DNA of 64,000 bases from Candidatus Latescibacterota bacterium (GCA_965215195.1 CBDCDC010000002.1:3008001-3072000); one strand, 5' to 3'; counted from the first letter of the stretch, positions 49,656 to 60,369 are shown. The notes: generated by a model from the sequence alone, not told the origin. Numbers and translations are program-made.

Positions 49656-51998
49656 TCAAAAGGCGACCCCGACGGTCTGGGCAATGGCCGCGGCGTCTTG
49701 GCTAGCTTCTATCTCGACCCGGCAGATGTAGAGGCCGGGTGGAACGAGGACCCCGGCTCCATCCGCGCCATCCCAGACGGCCCGGTATGCACCGCTGATA
49801 CCGCGCTGGGTCATCACTTCCCTGACAATTCTGCCAGCTAGATCATGCACTTTCACGGTGATGGGCTGCGCCCGGTCGACTTGGAATATCAAAAAGTCAA
49901 TGTTCATCTGATCGTTTAGACCATCCCCATTGGGCGTGATAATCGCCGGAGCAATCTGCACATCGCCGACCAGCCGGTCTTGGACCGGTACGGTCACCAC
50001 TAGCACATTGCTCATGGCCTCCGAGGAGGCGTCCCCGGGATCTACGGTCTGCCACAACTTGCGGGAAGAGTTCCCGACCAATCCCTCGAATACGGTGTTG
50101 TTCAAAAAGACTTGGCTTTTGAACTCAACCTCTACCAGCGCCGAAGCCTGAATCGTCGCGGGAAGCTGGATTAGCAGAGAATCTGCTGTCGAATACGCGG
50201 ATAGCTCCTCCAGCGGCAGCAGGTCAGAGGCGACTTTTACCCCTATCAATTCAGCTTGGGCCGGAGTCCTGATGAGTACCTGATCAAAACCGAGATCGCC
50301 GGCCGCAAACGAAGGACGGATGAAGTACTTGAACTCTTGGGGCTTTGCCGCCAAGGCTGTATCCGGCCAGACCTCGGCCGTCAGGGTTCTGGCGAGGGGA
50401 TCGGCAAAGGAAAGCACTATCCGGTCCAAGCTAACGGCCCGCTCCGGTATCGTGCTCAAAAGCCCAACCCGTATCTCTAGGTACTGGCGCGGACTAGGAG
50501 AAGCAAAGGGAGCACCGGAATGGAGGTAGGGTTTGCTCCACGGGCTCCAAGTCTGGGGGTCGGGCACCAACTCCACTACCGGCTCGAGTTCTTTGCGGAA
50601 ATTGGGCAGACTCTCCCACTTCTCTTTGGTGAGTTCATTTCCCTTTTTGTCGAAGTAGTGCAATTTCTCGCCCAACTGATCGCCCGTCCGCGTACTGATT
50701 TCCAGTTTGGTCCCCGGCGGGATATCCGCTTCCCATTCGAGCGACAGCATATTTTTGGAGCGACCGAGGTTGAGCAAGCCCGAAGTCATGGACACGCCCG
50801 GAATATACCCTTCGCCATAGGCCTGAATCTCTAGGGTTTTGAAGCGCCCATAGGTGCCCGTGTCCCTGACATTATTTCTGTGTGAAAAGAAGATGTGTTG
50901 TACTGGTCGGGGAGAAAAAGTGTCTTCAAAAGTGAGAAAGCCTACGGAGTTGTCATCGAGAGCTCCCACCTCTTCCCACACGAAACTCCCCATGACGTTT
51001 TCCGTGCCGAGTTGGGCCGTTGGCCCCAAGGTGCCGTCGGAGACGAATAGCTTGTAGCCAAACAGCGGATCTACTCTGGATCCTTGATGCACCCTCGCCG
51101 ATACAATTCGGATGGTGTCCACCCAAAACAGCGCCCCCAGATCCATGTTGACCCAGCCTTTCTCGGTCCAGTCGAGAAACCCGGCACTCGAGTTCCAGTA
51201 GGTATCAAAGCGTCCATCCAGAACTTCGTTAGTGGTCAGTATGCGGCGATCTCCGCCGGGACTTGCCTGAATGGCCAGACCGCCGCGCTCCACCGTTCCC
51301 AGCACCACGTTGTCGCCGAGGGTGTGGACTTCAACTTCGCCCAAGCGCGCATCCCCGAATGGAGCAGTGACTTGGATCAGCACAAAGCCGACCAGTTGCC
51401 TGGGGTCTTCTGCTGTGCTGAGGGCCGTGCCAAGCTGGCCCAAGGGATATTCCAGTTCGTAGGCAAAGTTTGGCTGGGTGGTTTGTCCGACGACCACGTA
51501 CTCCTTTTTGCCCGACCCGGAGTAGAGTGCTTCCTCGCCGGTGGAGGTATAGACCTTGAACATCTTGAACGGCTCGCCCTGAGGCGAAAATTTCAACGCG
51601 ATCTTGGTAGCAGAAACCAATCGGCCCAAGTCGAGCTCAATCCACCAGGTATCCATGTCGTCGTCTGGATCGGGAGCCCACCAAGTGTCCACCTCCCCGT
51701 CAAAGATGTTGGCCGCTCGGGCGGGGTTGGAACCGACACCCGAGATCCCTCCCCATCTGATTGGTTTATTTCCCTCGCGCTCGACGACAAACGCACTGGC
51801 ATTGAGGCTTGCATTGATGTTCTTTTTGATAAATTTGGGCTTTGCGAAGCCATCCTCCGACAATTCCAGCGTCCCCACGGGAAAGGCCCACTTCTCCCAG
51901 TCGGCTTTGGACTCAAATACTATAGTGTCGGCGTGGGCCACGCCGAGCGGAAGGACGACCATTGCCACGAGACTCGCCCATACATGCGATCGCATCAT
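49656..51998 (-). CDS. Secreted discoidin-like / FlgD-Ig protein, type B
   Basis: Signal peptide; FDGEVDTWW..WIELDLG, LDGRFDTYW..MDLG; WSPWS..SPSPR; ITPNGDGLND..WDG.D..G. Confidence 0.82.
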   Translation of the reverse strand: MMRSHVWASLVAMVVLPLGVAHADTIVFESKADWEKWAFPVGTLELSEDGFAKPKFIKKNINASLNASAFVVEREGNKPIRWGGISGVGSNPARAANIFDGEVDTWWAPDPDDDMDTWWIELDLGRLVSATKIALKFSPQGEPFKMFKVYTSTGEEALYSGSGKKEYVVVGQTTQPNFAYELEYPLGQLGTALSTAEDPRQLVGFVLIQVTAPFGDARLGEVEVHTLGDNVVLGTVERGGLAIQASPGGDRRILTTNEVLDGRFDTYWNSSAGFLDWTEKGWVNMDLGALFWVDTIRIVSARVHQGSRVDPLFGYKLFVSDGTLGPTAQLGTENVMGSFVWEEVGALDDNSVGFLTFEDTFSPRPVQHIFFSHRNNVRDTGTYGRFKTLEIQAYGEGYIPGVSMTSGLLNLGRSKNMLSLEWEADIPPGTKLEISTRTGDQLGEKLHYFDKKGNELTKEKWESLPNFRKELEPVVELVPDPQTWSPWSKPYLHSGAPFASPSPRQYLEIRVGLLSTIPERAVSLDRIVLSFADPLARTLTAEVWPDTALAAKPQEFKYFIRPSFAAGDLGFDQVLIRTPAQAELIGVKVASDLLPLEELSAYSTADSLLIQLPATIQASALVEVEFKSQVFLNNTVFEGLVGNSSRKLWQTVDPGDASSEAMSNVLVVTVPVQDRLVGDVQIAPAIITPNGDGLNDQMNIDFLIFQVDRAQPITVKVHDLAGRIVREVMTQRGISGAYRAVWDGADGAGVLVPPGLYICRVEIEASQDAAAIAQTVGVAF

Positions 51999-52008
51999 TT
52001 CGCTTACC

Positions 52009-53856
52009 TCAGTAAACCACCGCTATGAGTGCAACCGCGTCTCCCTCGCCCCTATCGGCGTCAACGGATATACGGCTGAGGTACAGTCCCGGCGCCACCA
52101 AGCGCCCATTGTTATTCAGACCATCCCAATCCAAGGCATAAATCCCGCTTACGTCCGTGCCCGAGTACAAATCGCGGACCAGCCTGCCCGAAAGGTTGTA
52201 GATCGACACGGTGATCGGAACCTCCTTGGTCAACTTGAGAATCTGGTAGTGTATGGAGGCCCGATCGTTGACGCCATCGCCGTTGGGAGTGAAAGGATTG
52301 GGGACAATGCGCCCGCCCGCGACAATGGTCTCTCCGAGCGATACGGCCACTGCCAAGTCGTCGTTGGGCAAATCCGGGGATGTATCTCCTGCGGTAATGG
52401 GCTGCGGCAACTCCGCGGTCTGGGTATCGAAGACCTTGCCGGTAAAACGCGTCCCGTACACCAGAACCGCTCCTGCAAAACGCAACTCCACCGGAGTAGA
52501 ATCCACGACCCGATGATTGGGGAAGCGGACCACCATGCGGTCATCTTCGATTTCTTGGGTGAAATCCACCACCGATGCGCCACCAATTTTCAGTTCCTCA
52601 ATTGTGGCCCGAGAAGGAGTAGCAATTTCCAAAGCATCGAATCCCGTGTCGCTTTCCTCGATTTTGGCCCGCACTACATAGGTAAACAGGGTGGATTCTC
52701 CGGCGTTGACCTCCAGCGGCCCGACCTCGCCCCAGACGAAACGCGCTACCGGAGGGGTGGAAAACTCGAACGCCAGCGAGTCGAGCCGCGCTCCTTGGGT
52801 GAAAAAGTCACTGGCAAACTCACACTTGAACTGGAAGTAGCGCCGAGGTTCGGCGAAGGCCACCTGTTCTCCAGATGCACGGGTGTACGCCGGAGACCAA
52901 GGACTCCAATTCTCCGCGTCTAGAACCTTTTCCCGCTCGGCTTCCTTCAGGCTATTGTAAGCGCCTGCGGACACCTCGACCCGTTCGGTCTCGAGTCCTT
53001 TTTCTTTAAGTTGGTAGTACTTAAGGGGGTCGGGCGTGGCTCCGATGCGGGTAAAGATCTGCACTGAGGCTCGAGGTTGCTCTTCTGCGGCCCACTTCAA
53101 CAGGCCAAAATTGGCCAGTTCACTCAAATCTATCACCTTTGAAGTATAGTTCGCTTGGGGTACAAAGCCGCGGCTGTACACTTCCAGCTCGGCAATTTCC
53201 CAAGGCAGCGGCGTGGTGAACACAATCCTGACATGGCGCACGTACTGGGACGGAATTCTCACCTGTACGGTACTATCCGTGTTTTTCTCGACCTTTTCCA
53301 TCAGCGTCCACTGCAGCACCCCGCCGATCTGCATTTCCGCGCTGCCATCGTTGATGTACACCTCGTACCCCTTCAGAAACTTGTCGCTGAAGCTCGGGCT
53401 GGGGTAGAAGCGAATTCTCTCTACTCCGCCGAAAATCGCTCCCAAATCCAGATCCATCCTACCTCCTACTTGCCGGGCCCGGCTCCCGTCGAAAACCGTG
53501 TTTGCATCCCCGTCTATCATGTTGTTTAGGTTGCCGGCTTGGCGCACAGATGGCTGGGGCGTGGACATACCTCCCCCTCTCCCTTGGGCACCGAGGCTCA
53601 GATTTTCCGTGGCTTCGGTGCGCCGAGGCTGAATCCACCCCGGATCCGTGGTGGTATCAATGCTCTCCATGGCACCCATAGTTTCCCAGGGGTTCCGCTC
53701 GTTGCCGATGACCAAGACTTCCACGCCCGAGGTGCTTTTGGCAGAGATCAGGGCCAGCAAAATCCAAGTGGATGCCAGCAGGACTTTTTGCCCAATCGGC
53801 TCCATGCTTTGCATTCCCGCTGTGCGGAGGACCCGCCCGTTTAGCTTATTCTTCAA
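52009..53856 (-). CDS. Secreted discoidin-like / FlgD-Ig protein, type A
   Basis: MIDGDANT..LDLG..IRFYP..WEIAELEVY; PNPFTPNGDGVND..WDGLN; true start may be ATG 53814 or 53805. Confidence 0.8.
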   Translation of the reverse strand: MKNKLNGRVLRTAGMQSMEPIGQKVLLASTWILLALISAKSTSGVEVLVIGNERNPWETMGAMESIDTTTDPGWIQPRRTEATENLSLGAQGRGGGMSTPQPSVRQAGNLNNMIDGDANTVFDGSRARQVGGRMDLDLGAIFGGVERIRFYPSPSFSDKFLKGYEVYINDGSAEMQIGGVLQWTLMEKVEKNTDSTVQVRIPSQYVRHVRIVFTTPLPWEIAELEVYSRGFVPQANYTSKVIDLSELANFGLLKWAAEEQPRASVQIFTRIGATPDPLKYYQLKEKGLETERVEVSAGAYNSLKEAEREKVLDAENWSPWSPAYTRASGEQVAFAEPRRYFQFKCEFASDFFTQGARLDSLAFEFSTPPVARFVWGEVGPLEVNAGESTLFTYVVRAKIEESDTGFDALEIATPSRATIEELKIGGASVVDFTQEIEDDRMVVRFPNHRVVDSTPVELRFAGAVLVYGTRFTGKVFDTQTAELPQPITAGDTSPDLPNDDLAVAVSLGETIVAGGRIVPNPFTPNGDGVNDRASIHYQILKLTKEVPITVSIYNLSGRLVRDLYSGTDVSGIYALDWDGLNNNGRLVAPGLYLSRISVDADRGEGDAVALIAVVY

Positions 53857-54202
53857 CCTCTACGGTGAAGAATCCGCCGTGCCAGGGATTGGTGAGGATG
53901 AGGAGGGACTGTCCCTTTGAAACCGAGCCAGCCCAGTTGGCGTCTTCTTTGTCTGTTCGAACGATGCCGACGGCAAAGCTTGCTGCGCCATCTGCCGGAT
54001 TGCATTCAATGGTCCGTTCGCGCCCAGCGTCCAAGACGAAATCCTGAAAGCACGCGCCAATGGTGATTTGGAGATCAAAATTCGACTTGTTGTCGAATTT
54101 GACCAGTTCGGTCCTGCCGGTGGACCCCGAAGGCCCAGTAGAAAGATCGACCTCCTCACAGGCGACCAAAGCGCAGATGATTGCAAGTGCGTAGAGCTTC
54201 AC
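53846..54202 (-). CDS. Small lipoprotein
   Basis: GTG start with GGGAG RBS; KLYALAIICALVAC lipobox. Confidence 0.65.
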   Translation of the reverse strand: MKLYALAIICALVACEEVDLSTGPSGSTGRTELVKFDNKSNFDLQITIGACFQDFVLDAGRERTIECNPADGAASFAVGIVRTDKEDANWAGSVSKGQSLLILTNPWHGGFFTVEVEE

Positions 54203-54224
54203 GGCTGTTCTCCCATGGTCTAGC

Positions 54225-54258
54225 ATTGAAGGGATGAGAAAAATCCCATCCCTTCAAT
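54225..54258 (-). terminator. Intra-cluster stem-loop after the TWG-motif gene
   Basis: ATTGAAGGGATG (54225-54236) / CATCCCTTCAAT (54247-54258), 12-bp perfect stem; no clear U-tract. Confidence 0.55.
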
Positions 54259-54292
54259 CTATCTGAAGACCAGTGAAAAAAGCTATCGGTCT

Positions 54293-55222
54293 TTAGCGGA
54301 AAGAGGCTTTGATCCTCCCCCAAGTTTCTCCCTCTACGCTCGTGGTGGCTTCGATGGGCACCTTCACCATCACCCAGTCGGGTGCTGCGGACCCGTCCCG
54401 GGTGGCGTGGGTCTCGTCGTTCAGGCCCCATTGGGAGTCCCAATCGTCGCCGTTTTCGTCGTGGTCTTGGTAGTGGATGTTCAGGTGGATGATCTGCTCT
54501 TCTTCGAATACATGGGGCACACTGGAGTCGGGCCCGTCGTAGTCCAGATAATCGAACAGGGACCAAGCGATCTCATAGAACAAGGTGACGTTGGTATCTC
54601 CTTCATTGACCGGTACGGCCTCCGGGGGACCTACGCCGAGATGGCCCCACGGCGGATGGCCGAACCACATCGCGTCCCACTCGCGGGTCTCAATTTTCTC
54701 AAAGAAGTTCTCGCCGAAATTGAAAACCCACATAGTCGCCGGTCCTTGGGCGGGAGGGTGGACTACCCACTGTTGCCCTTGGGTGCCCATCACGTTCTGC
54801 TCCAAATCTCCGGCGTGGAAGAAACCACCACTGTGATCGGGATCGGTGCTGATGGTCCAGCCATCCTCCGTGTAGATATCCACTTGGTTCTCTGAATCGC
54901 GGTGGATAAAATTGTCGAAGGCTTCGAGACCGAGGTAGAGTTTCTGGGTGGTCTCGTTCCAAGCGACCATCATACTCACGTCGACGTCCGCAATGTCCCG
55001 CGGGTCATTGCCGGCACGCGACAGCAGCATATCGTGGGTAATGACCAGATCCGACGGGAACCAGTTCATCCAGTCAGCGGAATTTCCGTCTATATCCGGG
55101 ATCAATTCATCCGGAATATGGGGCGCGAAGAACTCTACGCCATCGGGCTTATGGCCATAGGAACTGCTCGACAGCATGGCTACTAGAGCCAGTGCCGTGA
55201 AAGGCATTGCTAATTTTTTCAT
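54293..55222 (-). CDS. Secreted CBM9/DOMON-like protein with a C-terminal TWGxIK motif
   Basis: GAGGAG RBS; signal peptide; IDGNSADW, VAWN..LYL, D.W.I.TD.DHSGG; ends TTSVEGETWGRIKASFR. Confidence 0.7.
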   Translation of the reverse strand: MKKLAMPFTALALVAMLSSSSYGHKPDGVEFFAPHIPDELIPDIDGNSADWMNWFPSDLVITHDMLLSRAGNDPRDIADVDVSMMVAWNETTQKLYLGLEAFDNFIHRDSENQVDIYTEDGWTISTDPDHSGGFFHAGDLEQNVMGTQGQQWVVHPPAQGPATMWVFNFGENFFEKIETREWDAMWFGHPPWGHLGVGPPEAVPVNEGDTNVTLFYEIAWSLFDYLDYDGPDSSVPHVFEEEQIIHLNIHYQDHDENGDDWDSQWGLNDETHATRDGSAAPDWVMVKVPIEATTSVEGETWGRIKASFR

Positions 55223-55433
55223 TGAATTGACTCCTCAATTTGGAATGACAGGATTGAAACAAAATTGCAAAACCAGCAGGGTGTATCAATTCCCGCTGGA
55301 GGATCGAGAAAAATTGATCATCCCGTCCACACTTGCCCGGGAAAAAATTTACCTCATTTAACCACCTCCTTTCGGTAAACTCGCAAAAACGCCTACTACC
55401 TAACACATCGGTTTTGCAGGATAGATAACCCGA

Positions 55434-56228
55434 TTACCCCGAAGACAATCTCGTCGTTCCATCGGGATAAATCCGGCCGGTTGCGCGAAAAAAAAGATAC
55501 TCGAGGTTGAGCATTTCTATTGGATCGCCCCGAAAGTCGAATCTGATCGCCACATCCTCGAGCTTGAGGCGCAATTCCCGCACATCTGGATGTAGGGCGG
55601 GAAAGACCAGAAATCCTCGAGCTTCCTGACCGCTGAATACGGGTTCGGCCCCATATCTAGAAGAGGCGAATAGATCTTTGCGTTCTTCGTAGCGGTCGTA
55701 CAGATTCCCGGAATAAGCAGTGGCATACGGGCGATAGTACTCGTCAAATTCGAGCGGATCCAGAGCCGGGTATTGGCGGCCGTTTGAAGCGATGAGCGAA
55801 ACCTTCAAAGGGTCGATTTGCACTTTGGGATAGCTGTAATTTTTAACCTTCAAAAGGAAGATCGTGAAGCGCTGTGGCGTTGAGCCGGTTTCGGGATCTT
55901 TCCAGTTGCCGTAGGTATAGGGATTTATAGACTCTATACCGCCCTTGGAGTACGTAGGATACAACCTGTTCAGTTCCGCGTCAGTCTGGGGGCGCACTCC
56001 AACTTCAAATCTCTCCTGAACGAACAGCACCGTCCCATCATCGCTAACCTGCATGCCGGTGTGTTGCTGGGCGTCGGGGAGGGGTTGCAAGGGACCGGCG
56101 TAGTACCTGTACCCGCACGCAGCGCAGAAACCGGCCAGTAAAAGACCTGCGGCCAGAACGGATAAACGCTGCGATCCCCCTCCCGCCACAAGCCGAAAAG
56201 TGGCTTTTATGTTCAATAGTTCGGACAC
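55434..56228 (-). CDS. Hypothetical lipoprotein
   Basis: Hydrophobic stretch ending CAACGY; NPYTYG.W, VFSGQE..GFLVFP; start uncertain. Confidence 0.7.
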   Translation of the reverse strand: MSELLNIKATFRLVAGGGSQRLSVLAAGLLLAGFCAACGYRYYAGPLQPLPDAQQHTGMQVSDDGTVLFVQERFEVGVRPQTDAELNRLYPTYSKGGIESINPYTYGNWKDPETGSTPQRFTIFLLKVKNYSYPKVQIDPLKVSLIASNGRQYPALDPLEFDEYYRPYATAYSGNLYDRYEERKDLFASSRYGAEPVFSGQEARGFLVFPALHPDVRELRLKLEDVAIRFDFRGDPIEMLNLEYLFFRATGRIYPDGTTRLSSG

Positions 56229-56313
56229 TTTTTGCGATTCTAAATAGTTCGGGAAGAGCTACTGCTCTAAGTTAAGTTGCTAAAGATCAATGAGTTATGT
56301 GCTTCTGGTTTTG

Positions 56314-56352
56314 AATTTTGTAAATTCATAGAAAACAACAAATTACAAAATT
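56314..56352. promoter_or_regulatory. AT-rich intergenic inverted repeat, possible operator
   Basis: AATTTTGTAA (56314-56323) / TTACAAAATT (56343-56352) upstream of the lipoprotein/FlgD genes. Confidence 0.35.
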
Positions 56353-56444
56353 TGCAACTCCCGTAAGTTGGATACCTATAATAAATAGGATCAGAGATGT
56401 CAAGTTTCTCTGCCTGCTTCTGGTGGGTCTATCCGCGACTTCAG

Positions 56445-58430
56445 TTACAACCACATCAGTTGATTGTCCGTCATGCCGGTAAAATGATCCGCGATCAGCC
56501 ACACGCCCGCGACAGTAAAGTGCCCCAAGATCAAACCTAAGAAAAACGGCCGGCTGGCTTGGTACAACCGCGCCCCTCCATAGCGCAGGACCACGAGTTT
56601 TACGAGCCAAGCCAAAAATACATTGAACCAGACGAACTGCGCCATCCACGTGGTGCTGATCAAAAACCCGAGTGGATGAAACGGCCACCAGAGCAATTTT
56701 TGGCGGATGACGATCAATATATTCATGATCCCTCCCCCTACACCCGTCCACAACCAGCCGCTTAGATTGGCCTCGACAGGCGTGGTCAAATGCGGAACCA
56801 CGAAATCAAAGGGACTTGAGGCCCCACCGACGAAAAACCACTGATCCAGATTGATTCCTCCATACTTATAGCACATGGCGAGTATGATGTAGGTCGAACC
56901 CAGCAGACTGACCACGATGGCCAGCATCATGGCCCAAAACAGAGGTCTTTTTCGCTGCCTCGCGCCGACTTCGTCGCTGAGCTTTAATCCATTGGCGGCC
57001 GAGGCCATCACAAAGGTCCTGAAGTTGACTGCCCAAGAAAAGCTGAGCCCGAGGAATACCAAACCGGCCGGACCGATGGCAGATGAACCGACCCCGGAGA
57101 TCAGAAATGAGACGGGTGTTAGGGGAGCCCGCACTGCGGCCAAGCCGGCCTCGGCAACCACCCGGGTCAGCGCGATAAAGAGGACGAAAACGGCAAAGAG
57201 AAATATAGGTATCAGCCAAGCGGCTAGACCGGCTTTGTACAGCCAGATCCCCATGAATACCAAACCGGCGATTAAGCCGAGTACTGCGGTGCGGTACGAC
57301 AGCAATTCTTGGGAATCATCGACGGTCGAATTCTGCCTAAAAGCCTTGTTGAATACATCCCGCAGATGCCTTCGGCCCCCCCACAGACTCGCCAGCACCA
57401 AGACGATGAAAGCCCCCATTCCCTGATGCGCGATAATGGGTGAAGCCGTAGCATAAATATCCAGCTTTTCCGTACTGGCTATCCCCAAGATGTTGAATAT
57501 CCCCTGCTCCAGCGTGCCCAGCAGGTAGAACAACCAGATTCCGAAGGCGATATCCAGACTGATGAGATACGAAAACCCAACCATGGAAAAGCTCAGGTGG
57601 ATGGGTATCGACATCGTCTCGCGAAAGGCACTGAAAGAGGTGGCCAGCTCAATTGAGGGGAGGGTTTCATAATAGTTGTGAAAACCATTTACGCTGGTGA
57701 TGAAGAAGGGAATGGCAAACCCCGCCCACATCACCGCATTCTTGAAAAAGGGATTCACCAGAGAACCTTTTGGACCTTCTTTGAGCATGTCCAAGGGGAC
57801 TTGGATCAAGGGGTAAACCAGTCGTTCATTGTGGGCCCATTGCCGGTGCAGAATGACCGATATGCAGATCATCACAAAGCAAAGGACCAGAAAAAACAGG
57901 CTCCAATAAAAAAGAGGTTCGAGCCAGACCCCCCAAGGAATTTCCATGCCTTCGGGAAGCCCCTCAAAGAAATACTTGATCATCTCCGGATCGCGGGGAG
58001 TCAGCCAGTCTTTGATGTGCGGATGGGCTAGGGTGGCCCAATCGTTCTCAGGTGTAGCGTAGTAATAGGGACCCGTGATTTTGGGCAGCCAGGCTTCGGT
58101 AAAACCCTTTGTAGGCACTGTGGCGGCAATGATCATCATGACGTAGATGAGCACCAGTTCGGTCGGCTGTAGCGCCCAGCTCACCCGCAGCCGCCGCAGT
58201 GCCACATTTACGCCTCCCACTAACACGAAAAAAATAAAAAAAGCGATAGGGGTGCTGATATTCAGTGCCATGTACGAGCCGCGGATGATCATATTGCCGT
58301 ACGGAGCTGCCACACCAATAAAAAACGCGAGCGCGGTTCCGATGATAAATGCTCTGATCGTAAAACCGGAGGAGGATTCTCGAGGAGCAGACTTGGGAGC
58401 TAAGTAATGCTCGGGAATAGGTATGGGCAT
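56445..58430 (-). CDS. DUF6785/DUF6784 polytopic membrane protein
   Basis: YYATPENDW, RQW..ERL.YPL, WWPFHPLG, RYGG..LY..RPFFLG. Confidence 0.82.
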   Translation of the reverse strand: MPIPIPEHYLAPKSAPRESSSGFTIRAFIIGTALAFFIGVAAPYGNMIIRGSYMALNISTPIAFFIFFVLVGGVNVALRRLRVSWALQPTELVLIYVMMIIAATVPTKGFTEAWLPKITGPYYYATPENDWATLAHPHIKDWLTPRDPEMIKYFFEGLPEGMEIPWGVWLEPLFYWSLFFLVLCFVMICISVILHRQWAHNERLVYPLIQVPLDMLKEGPKGSLVNPFFKNAVMWAGFAIPFFITSVNGFHNYYETLPSIELATSFSAFRETMSIPIHLSFSMVGFSYLISLDIAFGIWLFYLLGTLEQGIFNILGIASTEKLDIYATASPIIAHQGMGAFIVLVLASLWGGRRHLRDVFNKAFRQNSTVDDSQELLSYRTAVLGLIAGLVFMGIWLYKAGLAAWLIPIFLFAVFVLFIALTRVVAEAGLAAVRAPLTPVSFLISGVGSSAIGPAGLVFLGLSFSWAVNFRTFVMASAANGLKLSDEVGARQRKRPLFWAMMLAIVVSLLGSTYIILAMCYKYGGINLDQWFFVGGASSPFDFVVPHLTTPVEANLSGWLWTGVGGGIMNILIVIRQKLLWWPFHPLGFLISTTWMAQFVWFNVFLAWLVKLVVLRYGGARLYQASRPFFLGLILGHFTVAGVWLIADHFTGMTDNQLMWL

Positions 58431-58531
58431 GTCGTTTGGGCCATCAGCCGAGGGGATTTTGCAGTACCAATAAATCTAACGCCGGGCTATACGGCAACGT
58501 AAATTCAGCGTCGCGTATTGAGGTGCTAACC

Positions 58532-60337
58532 TTATTTCGAATCGACCTTTTCCTCGACGACCAGCACTTCATTTACCGGGACCTGTTCTAAGCGCTGTAT
58601 CAGACCACTGGGCCATCTCACCTCTACTAGATCAGCCCTTGTCTTAGAGCCCAGACCAAAGTGGAGCCGTGGATCGCTCGCCGTCAGGTAACTGGAACCG
58701 CTCCGCACCTGACGGATCTGTTCCAGCCCCTCCGCTACCACCCGCACCCTAGCTCCTATTCCGTCCCTGTTGCTGTGGGTTCCCACGGTCCGCACCATCA
58801 GCCAATTCTCCCGATTGCCGCTGTCGTTGCGGACCAGTTTGGCCTCCCCGCCGCAATTGGCCACCAAGACATCCACATCCCCGTCCTCGTCGTAATCTCC
58901 AAAGGCGGCACCACGGCTGATCTGCTTGTGCAAAAACCACTCGCCCGAGATCGAAGAGGTCTCCGTATAGGTCCCATTGCCGTCGTTGCGGAAGAGTTGG
59001 TGTTCCTGCATGTACTCGACCCCGGACTGAAACAGGGCGATTTTGTCCAGTACGTGTCCATTGGCCACGTACAGATCGAGGTCGCCATCGTTGTCGTAGT
59101 CGAGGAAGTTCGTCCCAAAGCCGAGGAAGCGGTGGCTCGGCTCGGCCAGCCCGGCCGCGGCCGTCACGTCCTTGAAGAAAACCCCTTCATTGCGGTAGAG
59201 GGTATTGGTCTCGTAGGAAAAATTGGCGACAAAGAGGTCAAAATCGCCGTCGTTGTCGCAATCCCCAAAATCCACCCCCATGCCGGCCTCTGACTCGCCG
59301 GCTTGGTTGTGGGCCACCCCTTTTGTTAAGGCCGCGTTGTCGAACGTTCCATCCCCTAGGTTGTGGTAGAGAAAATTCGGCGTCCCATCGTTGGCCACAA
59401 ACAAGTCCTGATCCCCGTCACTATCGTAGTCCAAGGCGACCACGCCCAACCCCTTGCCGGATGGATCATGGATCCCGGCTGCGACCGAGACATCGGCAAA
59501 GGTCCCATCCCCATTGTTGTGGTACAATACATCCGGCACTCCTCCGTACTCCAGCGGCGCGCAATACGAACGGGTAGCCTCGACAATGGCCCGGTAGCCT
59601 TGGGAATTCGTCCTTACATATCCGCCGCAGACCTTGTTGGTCTCAACGGTGAAATCCACGTAGTTAGTCACGTAGAGATCGAGCACCCCGTCGTTGTCGT
59701 AGTCGAGGAAAGCAGCGCTCGCACTCCACTGGGATGTGCCCACGGAGGCCCGCTCGGTAACATCGGCAAAGGTGCCGTCCCCATCGTTCTGGTACAGCAC
59801 GTTCGGCCCGTAGTTGGTCACGTAGAGATCCTGATCGCCGTCGTTGTCGTAGTCGGCTATCGCACATCCCATGCCATAGCCCGTATCGCCCGTGTTGGAC
59901 TCTTGGCCGGTATCGGCAAAGGTGCCGTCCCCATTGTTCCGGTACAGCACATTACCGGGCGGGACGCCGGAGTCGGGCCAAGGCGAAAGATCAACCGCGT
60001 AATGCGCCGCGTCCTTTGAACGCGCCCCCCCATCTTGGCTCGGCTTCCGCACCCAGTAGTGATCGCCCTGCTGGTACACGAGATTGATGGGAACTGAGCG
60101 GATGCCTTGCAGATCGAATCCATTCACCAAGTAAACATCCAAGTCGCCATCGTTGTCATAGTCGAAGAAGGCCCCGCCCGCTCCGGTCGTTTCTATCAAA
60201 AAGTACTCCCCGGCAGCGCCATTGGTGTGGGTAAAGGAAATCCCGGATTGTGCCGTGACATCCGCGAATTGCACTGTCTTAGAGCCTAAATCGCAGGCCA
60301 GCAGGCTCAGGCAAAAAATGAAGGCTATTTTTTGCAT
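58532..60337 (-). CDS. CRTAC1-family FG-GAP/ASPIC-UnbV lipoprotein
   Basis: MQKIAFIFCLSLLAC lipobox; repeated DYDNDGD.D motifs; NRDGIGARV..LHFGLG..VRWPSG. Confidence 0.9.
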   Translation of the reverse strand: MQKIAFIFCLSLLACDLGSKTVQFADVTAQSGISFTHTNGAAGEYFLIETTGAGGAFFDYDNDGDLDVYLVNGFDLQGIRSVPINLVYQQGDHYWVRKPSQDGGARSKDAAHYAVDLSPWPDSGVPPGNVLYRNNGDGTFADTGQESNTGDTGYGMGCAIADYDNDGDQDLYVTNYGPNVLYQNDGDGTFADVTERASVGTSQWSASAAFLDYDNDGVLDLYVTNYVDFTVETNKVCGGYVRTNSQGYRAIVEATRSYCAPLEYGGVPDVLYHNNGDGTFADVSVAAGIHDPSGKGLGVVALDYDSDGDQDLFVANDGTPNFLYHNLGDGTFDNAALTKGVAHNQAGESEAGMGVDFGDCDNDGDFDLFVANFSYETNTLYRNEGVFFKDVTAAAGLAEPSHRFLGFGTNFLDYDNDGDLDLYVANGHVLDKIALFQSGVEYMQEHQLFRNDGNGTYTETSSISGEWFLHKQISRGAAFGDYDEDGDVDVLVANCGGEAKLVRNDSGNRENWLMVRTVGTHSNRDGIGARVRVVAEGLEQIRQVRSGSSYLTASDPRLHFGLGSKTRADLVEVRWPSGLIQRLEQVPVNEVLVVEEKVDSK

Positions 60338-60369
60338 GGAAAACTCCCGCCTGCCCTCGCGCTTCAGCC

